A program made the translations under genes and the position numbers. DNA of 23,613 nucleotides, from NCBI GenBank assembly GCA_045863855.1, contig BTVV01000100.1, forward strand, positions 1 to 23,613, read 5' to 3'. Positions 18,784 to 23,613 of this stretch are shown here, one piece after another. The notes below the pieces were generated by a model. The model saw only the letters and a program-made list of their open reading frames with translations. It did not search any database and had not been told where the DNA came from. The stretch comes from Planctomycetota bacterium (GTDB lineage: Bacteria > Planctomycetota > SZUA-567 > H5-PLA8). Position 1 is the stretch's first letter. The number at the start of each line of letters is the position of its first letter.

Positions 18784-19806
18784 ATGCGAATCCGCCCCCC
18801 ATGGCCGGCCTGGCCCGCGATCCTGCTGCTCCTGGTTTCCGCCGGCTGCCAGCAACCGCCGCCTCCGAAAAGCGCGCCCGCGCCGATCGCTCCGCCCAAG
18901 CCCGCGCCTGCGGCGCTGGCCGAACGAATCGAAACCGAGATTCGGGAGGCTTGGACACGGGACGAAGATCCCGCGATTTTCCTGGTTCCGGACGAAGACA
19001 CCTTCGCGCGCATGCGCGAGCTCGTCGAAAAACTCTGCCAGGCTCTGCGCCAAGAAGATGCCATCAAAGCGGCCGTACCGCTCAAGCCGTCCGCCGCCGC
19101 GCTGGGATTCGTACTGGAGCGCATGGAGTCGGAAGGTCGCGCGGTCTGGGTGCTGAAAGAAGGCGCCGAACGCCGCGGGCGCGGCATCTACGTCTTTCTC
19201 GAACACCCGGGGGAGCAGGCCATTGTGCTGCAAGCACCGCATCAGCGTAACGACCTGTACACGGAGCGCCTCGCGGCGCGCGGCTTCGCCCGTGGCTATG
19301 CCGCCGCGGTCTTTGGCAGCACCATCAATCGCAACCACTGCCCAGCCGAAGAGAAGGGCGGCATCCCCTGCAGCGATGTCGCCAACGCGCCGCGTTCGTT
19401 TTTCCAAGCGGCCACCGAAGGCGCCGCGCAGGCCTTCAAACAGAGCGCCTTTGTCCAACTGCACGGCTTCGAAAGCATGCGCGACGAAGACCGCGGCGAA
19501 TATCAGGTCATTTTATCGACCGGCGACGAGCGCTGGACCGGCGCGTTGAATTCGATGGTCGTACGGCTGCGCGAAGCGCTGGGCGAGAAGGCCATCGGGC
19601 GCTATGGCCTGGACGTCCAGGTGCTTGGCGCCACGCGCAATGCCCAAGGCCGTTATCTGCGTGAGCACGCCGACGACGCCTTCGTGCATATCGAGATGAC
19701 GTTGAGTCTGCGTAAAGCGCTCTTGGAAGACAATGCTCTGTTCGAACGCATGCTGCGCGCCGTGGCGGGAATTCCGCAACCGGAAGCTGCCGCTGCTCAA
19801 CCCTAA
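18784..19806 (+). CDS. Lipoprotein with putative Zn-dependent hydrolase domain (resembles PGA hydrolase PghP / Zn-exopeptidase fold)
   Basis: Lipobox ILLLLVSAG-C and a Pro-rich tether. Motifs VLQAPHxxxD, FVQLHGF and FVHIEM follow the order of PghP-like APH..E / lHG / vQlE motifs. Starts 3 nt after the upstream stop. Confidence 0.7.
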   Translation: MRIRPPWPAWPAILLLLVSAGCQQPPPPKSAPAPIAPPKPAPAALAERIETEIREAWTRDEDPAIFLVPDEDTFARMRELVEKLCQALRQEDAIKAAVPLKPSAAALGFVLERMESEGRAVWVLKEGAERRGRGIYVFLEHPGEQAIVLQAPHQRNDLYTERLAARGFARGYAAAVFGSTINRNHCPAEEKGGIPCSDVANAPRSFFQAATEGAAQAFKQSAFVQLHGFESMRDEDRGEYQVILSTGDERWTGALNSMVVRLREALGEKAIGRYGLDVQVLGATRNAQGRYLREHADDAFVHIEMTLSLRKALLEDNALFERMLRAVAGIPQPEAAAAQP

Positions 19807-19839
19807 TGCCAAAAGGCAAGTTGCGCCCGAGCGAACAAG

Positions 19840-21453
19840 TCAGGGCTCGGCTTCGAGCGCGCAGGAAATCGCGAGGTCCTCGTTCCGGGTTTCCGCCACG
19901 TTCGGCCATCGAACCGGCGGCATCGGCAAGCGTTCCAAGCAAGCCCGCGCGATCGGACCGGCCACAGTCGTCCCGTAGGTACGCAGGAATTGCTCGTAGT
20001 TCGAACGGACTGCGGGGTGCGACGCCCCCATCCGCCGCACTTGCAGCTCCAGTTCGTTCAGTCTGCGCAGCGCGTAGCGCTCGCGCGGCGAGTCCACCTG
20101 CTTCGCCAGCGGCCCGCGCTGCGGCATCCCGGCATCCATGCCGCCGCCTTCAACCGGTAGGGGTTCCAGCCGCGTCGGAGGCTCGTAGCGCACGGGCTCA
20201 GCGGTTTCCGGGCGCTCGACTGGAACGAGCGTGTCTGCGCGCTGGCGCAACAGGAGCAGCGAGAGCCCCAGGAGTGCGAGCGCCACGCCGGCCTGTGCGT
20301 AGTACAACGCCCGCGGATGAGCGGCCCATCCCTGCTCCGTCCGCAAGTCCGCGTGTTTGCCTTTCAGCTGCGCGCGGGTGCCTGGACGACGACGCATGCG
20401 AAGCTTCACAGCACTGACGCCGGCCTCGCGAATCAGCCGCGTGCTGGCGCGCTGCGTGGGGCTGCCGCGCAAATCGGGCAGACGCGCGATCGTCGCGCGC
20501 AGGCGCTTGCGCCAACAGCAGGCGGCCAGCGGCTTTTGACCGGCGAGCAGCCGGTCAAGATCCTCGATGAGCGCTTCTGGCGATGCATATCGCGCACGGC
20601 GATCACGCGAGAGCAGCTTGTGCACGATCGAGGCGCACCAAGGACTCACTTCGGGGTTGATCTCGTGCACGGCCGGCGCCGTCTCGGTGCAGTGCCGAGC
20701 CATGATGCTGAGCGCATCCGGGCCTTCGAACGGCACCTGTCCCGTCAGCATTTGAAACGCCGTCGCGCCAAGCGCATACAGATCTGCGCGAATGTCGAGG
20801 TTCAGCTCGCCGCGCGCCTGCTCGGGGGCGATGTAGTACGGAGTGCCCAAGGTCAATCCGGTGCTGGTTAGATGCGGATCGTCGGTGCCCACGATCTTGA
20901 TCAGGCCCAAGTCCGAAAGCTGCACCCTGCCATCGGCGCCGAACATGATGTTGGCCGGCTTGATGTCGCGATGAATCACACCCCGGCGATTCAAGTACGC
21001 AAGCGCACTAGCCACGTCACGCACGATTTTCAGAGCTTCCCGCTCATCCAAGCAGCCGCGCTGTTCGAGCCGCTCTTCCAGATCGCCGCCTTCGGCCAAT
21101 GCCAAGGCTAGGTACAGCCAGCCATCCGCCTCGCCGGTCACCAGCGTCTGGACCAGATGCGGATGCTTCAAGGAAAGGCCGACCAGCGCTTCCTGCCGTA
21201 CGCGCTCGCGGCTGACGGGATCGCTCAACCGGCGCAACGGGAAAAGCTTCAACGCCACGCGCTCGTCCGAGTCTTCCCGACGGGCGCGGTATACCGCACC
21301 CATACCACCCTCGCCCAGGAACTCCTCTAGCACGTACGGCCCCACGTTGCGATCGGGCAGATCCGCGGTCCGATCCAGGAGCGCCTCGCGCGACAGGCCT
21401 TGGAGTTCATGAATCGTGCTTGGCAAAGCGACGTCATTGGCGATTTGGCTCAT
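19840..21453 (-). CDS. Membrane-anchored Hanks-type Ser/Thr protein kinase (~537 aa)
   Basis: Motifs LGEGGMGAVY, VALK, HRDIKPAN, DLG, GTPYYIAPE. Arg-rich juxtamembrane region, TM AGVALALLGLSLLLL and a short C-terminal domain. Start is ATG 21453 or GTG 21465. Confidence 0.92.
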   Translation of the reverse strand: MSQIANDVALPSTIHELQGLSREALLDRTADLPDRNVGPYVLEEFLGEGGMGAVYRARREDSDERVALKLFPLRRLSDPVSRERVRQEALVGLSLKHPHLVQTLVTGEADGWLYLALALAEGGDLEERLEQRGCLDEREALKIVRDVASALAYLNRRGVIHRDIKPANIMFGADGRVQLSDLGLIKIVGTDDPHLTSTGLTLGTPYYIAPEQARGELNLDIRADLYALGATAFQMLTGQVPFEGPDALSIMARHCTETAPAVHEINPEVSPWCASIVHKLLSRDRRARYASPEALIEDLDRLLAGQKPLAACCWRKRLRATIARLPDLRGSPTQRASTRLIREAGVSAVKLRMRRRPGTRAQLKGKHADLRTEQGWAAHPRALYYAQAGVALALLGLSLLLLRQRADTLVPVERPETAEPVRYEPPTRLEPLPVEGGGMDAGMPQRGPLAKQVDSPRERYALRRLNELELQVRRMGASHPAVRSNYEQFLRTYGTTVAGPIARACLERLPMPPVRWPNVAETRNEDLAISCALEAEP

Positions 21454-21817
21454 CGATGTTCGCACGCGGAAGACTCGAACTGCGATTGCGTGCGCCTCCG
21501 AGGTGTCAGGTTTGCAACAGCCGCCCAGGCTTTTCGCGAACCGTCATTCCCAGTGAGGCAAACCCGGTGCGCAAGGCCTCCAAATTGTTGGAAGTGGTTC
21601 GGATCCGTTCATAACCCGCGTGCATTCCTTCTATTAGAGAAACGAGCCACAGGTGATGCTCGCGTGCATGCAAGTAGGAGTTGGCATGCCGAATGGTTTG
21701 GATTCGAGCAGGCCGACAAATCGGCAACAGTGTCATTGCAACATAACGAATGGCGGAAGGCCCTATCCTCAAAGGTGTTTGCGCGAAGTCCGTCGGCAGA
21801 GAATTGCCCGGGTTGGC

Positions 21818-21845
21818 TTGACATCCCACACTTGTGAAGTAAATA
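21818..21845 (+). promoter_or_regulatory. Possible sigma70-type promoter of tRNA-Gly
   Basis: Perfect TTGACA at 21818-21823, with an imperfect -10 (TAAATA, 16-bp spacer) shortly before the tRNA. Confidence 0.4.
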
Positions 21846-21861
21846 GTCATCTTCCACCCAA

Positions 21862-21936
21862 GCGGGTGTAGCTCAGTGGTAGAGCGCGACCTTGCCAAGG
21901 TCGAAGTCGAGGGTTCGAATCCCTTCACCCGCTCCA
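21862..21936 (+). tRNA. tRNA-Gly (anticodon GCC)
   Basis: Acceptor stem GCGGGTG/CACCCGC, discriminator T, encoded CCA. D arm GCTC-agtggta-GAGC. Anticodon arm CGACC-ttGCCaa-GGTCG. T loop GGTTCGAATCC. Confidence 0.98.
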
Positions 21937-21971
21937 AATGCAAATCCAATGACATTCAAGAGTTACGGAAA

Positions 21972-22002
21972 CGCCAAAACGGCCAAAAAGGCCGTTTTGG
22001 CG
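21972..22002. terminator. Perfect 13-bp hairpin between the convergent tRNA and integrase genes
   Basis: CGCCAAAACGGCC-aaaaa-GGCCGTTTTGGCG. No long U tract follows on either strand. Confidence 0.6.
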
Positions 22003-22080
22003 CCCGAACCCACGATTGTGGCCACATATTGCCCACCCCCCTGCGACTTTTGCCCTCGGCGAGTGCGAAAGTATGCTCGT

Positions 22081-23397
22081 TCACGTGGTAGCGTTCGACC
22101 GTTTACGATTCAGGTTCCTCTCGCCATTCAAGAGATCCCAGACCGCACGCGATGCTTCGTGTGGATCGACCAAATCCAAGTAGTGCCGCTCCTCCACATC
22201 GCGGCCGGCATGGCCTACCTGAGCACGCACCGAGTCCGCATTCACCAGCCTGCGGGCCCACGAGATATGCGTCGTCCGCAGGCAGTACATATCGCGCCCC
22301 ACCAACCACCGCTCCAGTCCAGCTCGCATCTTCGTGGCCAGTCTTTGAGTGATGCGCGTCTGGAGTTCCCGAGCTTTGAGCTTGGCCGGGTTCTTGGGTG
22401 GAGCACCGTCAAACCCGCGCTTCCTGCCCGTGTAGAGCAGATGCCCGACTTCTATGGGACTAGTTGCGTTAACGTTCGGCTCATCCGCCGGCCAGTTCAT
22501 GCGGACGTAGGCCAGGACCATGCAGCGTTTGAAGTCTGGACCGAGATTGAGCCTGAAGGGCTTGCTGCCCCGGTACGAGGCGAACAATGGCTCCTCACCT
22601 TCGAGAGTACCCCGGCTGGCCAGGTAGTCCTTCAGCTCTTTAACGAACGCTTCCGGCAGAGTCGCGGCGCCATTGCGCTTCTTACCCGATCCCGGCGCCA
22701 ACAGGATGCGGTCTTCGGCCAGATCGCTAACCTTAGCCTCCAGTACAGCAGTGGGCCGATTGCCGGTCAGCAGGAGCGCCTTGTAAATGACAGCCGAGGG
22801 CAGCGGCCGGGAGAAGATGGCGTCTAATTCCCCCGCCGCGGCCAGGACGGCACGGGCCTCTTCAGGCAGAAAGGCCCGGCGCCTCTTCTGGTGCCCACTC
22901 CACGGCAAACGCTTCCAGGTTCCGAGCGGGTCGTAGGGCATGAGGCCCGTCGAGGCCAGGAAGCGAGATAGTTGCTTCAAGGGGGCTTGGATTGAGAAGA
23001 CGGCGAAGTGATCCGAAACCTCCCCGTCCTGAACCAGTTTCATGCAGCGCGCCGTCAGCTTGCCGACATGCGCAAGGTCAGCGCCGACCTGCAACTTTAA
23101 GTAGTTCCGCCGCAGCACCTTCTCAAGGCCCTTGCGCCGGCCTTGCGAGGACAACGGAGCCTCATCGAGAAACCGGGTCACCAAGCTCTCGTATCGCATG
23201 GTCCAGGCCGAAGCAGTCGGAAGCCCGTAGCTTTCAGCTTCCCGTCGTTCGACCCACTTCTTAAGTGCACGTTCAGCCTCCCGCTTATCGCTGATCCAGA
23301 TCCATTTTCTGACACGAATACCGGTCAACGGGTCCTTGATTCGGAACAGCCAACCTGAGCGGGCATCCTTCTTCGATTTTACGCGTTTGAAGCTCAT
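22081..23397 (-). CDS. Tyrosine recombinase / phage-type integrase
   Basis: N-terminal arm-binding-like domain (WLFRIKDPLTGIRVRK...KREAERAL). Catalytic Arg in LLTGNRP, YCLR at the HxxR position, and VGH...ERHY with the nucleophile Tyr. GGAG RBS lies in the end of the upstream gene. Confidence 0.85.
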   Translation of the reverse strand: MSFKRVKSKKDARSGWLFRIKDPLTGIRVRKWIWISDKREAERALKKWVERREAESYGLPTASAWTMRYESLVTRFLDEAPLSSQGRRKGLEKVLRRNYLKLQVGADLAHVGKLTARCMKLVQDGEVSDHFAVFSIQAPLKQLSRFLASTGLMPYDPLGTWKRLPWSGHQKRRRAFLPEEARAVLAAAGELDAIFSRPLPSAVIYKALLLTGNRPTAVLEAKVSDLAEDRILLAPGSGKKRNGAATLPEAFVKELKDYLASRGTLEGEEPLFASYRGSKPFRLNLGPDFKRCMVLAYVRMNWPADEPNVNATSPIEVGHLLYTGRKRGFDGAPPKNPAKLKARELQTRITQRLATKMRAGLERWLVGRDMYCLRTTHISWARRLVNADSVRAQVGHAGRDVEERHYLDLVDPHEASRAVWDLLNGERNLNRKRSNATT

Positions 23398-23402
23398 CGT
23401 TT

Positions 23403-23609
23403 TTACTCCACCACGTTCGGTCTCCTGATTTCGTTGCGTCTCAGGTAAGCGTGCAATTCGGCCACGCGGACACGCAGAATCCGGCCGATCCGGACCGCGG
23501 CCAGGTTGCCGCGCCAGATCTCACGCCGGACGGTATTGGTGTGAACGCCGAGCATGTCGGCGGCTTCTTGTAGACTGACCGCGAGCGCGCTGGAATTCTC
23601 CGGCGCCAC
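23403..23609 (-). CDS. Excisionase-like helix-turn-helix DNA-binding protein (HTH_17 type); start may lie beyond the window
   Basis: VSLQEAADMLGVHTNTVRREIWRGNLAAVRIGRILRVRVAEL is a typical winged-HTH Xis pattern. It ends 5 nt before the integrase start. Confidence 0.88.
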   Translation of the reverse strand: MAPENSSALAVSLQEAADMLGVHTNTVRREIWRGNLAAVRIGRILRVRVAELHAYLRRNEIRRPNVVE

Positions 23610-23613
23610 AGTC

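Larger units (their letters stand above)
21937..23613. mobile_element. Edge of an integrative element (prophage/genomic island) inserted at tRNA-Gly; continues beyond the window
   Basis: An integrase and an excisionase-like gene sit immediately 3' of an intact tRNA, with codon usage less G/C-ending than the upstream genes by eye. The second att copy is not visible in the window. Confidence 0.8.

Noticed and set aside
819..19464. Long antisense or alternate-frame ORFs (e.g. 819-2174, 860-2149, 3391-4731, 5104-6963, 10919-12454, 17836-19464)
   Set aside because: They fully overlap well-supported genes, are Arg/Ala/Gly-rich without motifs, and are expected shadow ORFs in high-GC DNA.
21466..21810. 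Sigma54-like boxes or a structured ncRNA upstream of the second kinase
   Set aside because: Candidate GG/GC pairs have wrong spacing, and I could not recognise any riboswitch or ncRNA family by eye; an Rfam scan would be needed.
21400..22091. ORFs across the kinase-tRNA intergenic region and tRNA (21400-21837, 21506-21955, 21876-22091)
   Set aside because: They overlap the tRNA or its promoter; ERVKGFEPSTSTLAR is the typical translation of an antisense tRNA.
21892..22827. 311-aa plus-strand ORF
   Set aside because: It starts inside the tRNA and is antisense to the integrase, with no recognisable motifs.

Overview
GC-rich bacterial window; the host may be Planctomycetota or myxobacteria-like, inferred only from gene content. 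Bases 1-19806 hold an expanded, atypical poly-gamma-glutamate (PGA)-type capsule/polymer locus. It starts with a 5'-truncated oversized PgsB/CapB-like ligase. A tightly coupled operon follows further downstream: single-domain response regulator, CHASE2 sensor with a degenerate (His->Tyr) kinase module, a 1094-aa PgsC/CapC fusion with a doubled membrane domain and two apparently inactive hydrolase-like domains, a ~1505-codon internally duplicated exported protein broken by one in-frame TAG, and a lipoprotein carrying the intact-looking version of the same hydrolase-like domain. Between pgsB and this operon lie a small coiled-coil gene and a secreted FG-GAP beta-propeller gene, transcribed divergently from an AT-rich region with two sigma54-type promoters and an IHF consensus site. 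Membrane Ser/Thr kinase genes flank the operon on both sides. The window ends with tRNA-Gly(GCC) and the edge of an integrative element (tyrosine integrase plus excisionase-like HTH). All calls come from motif reading by eye; no database searches were run.
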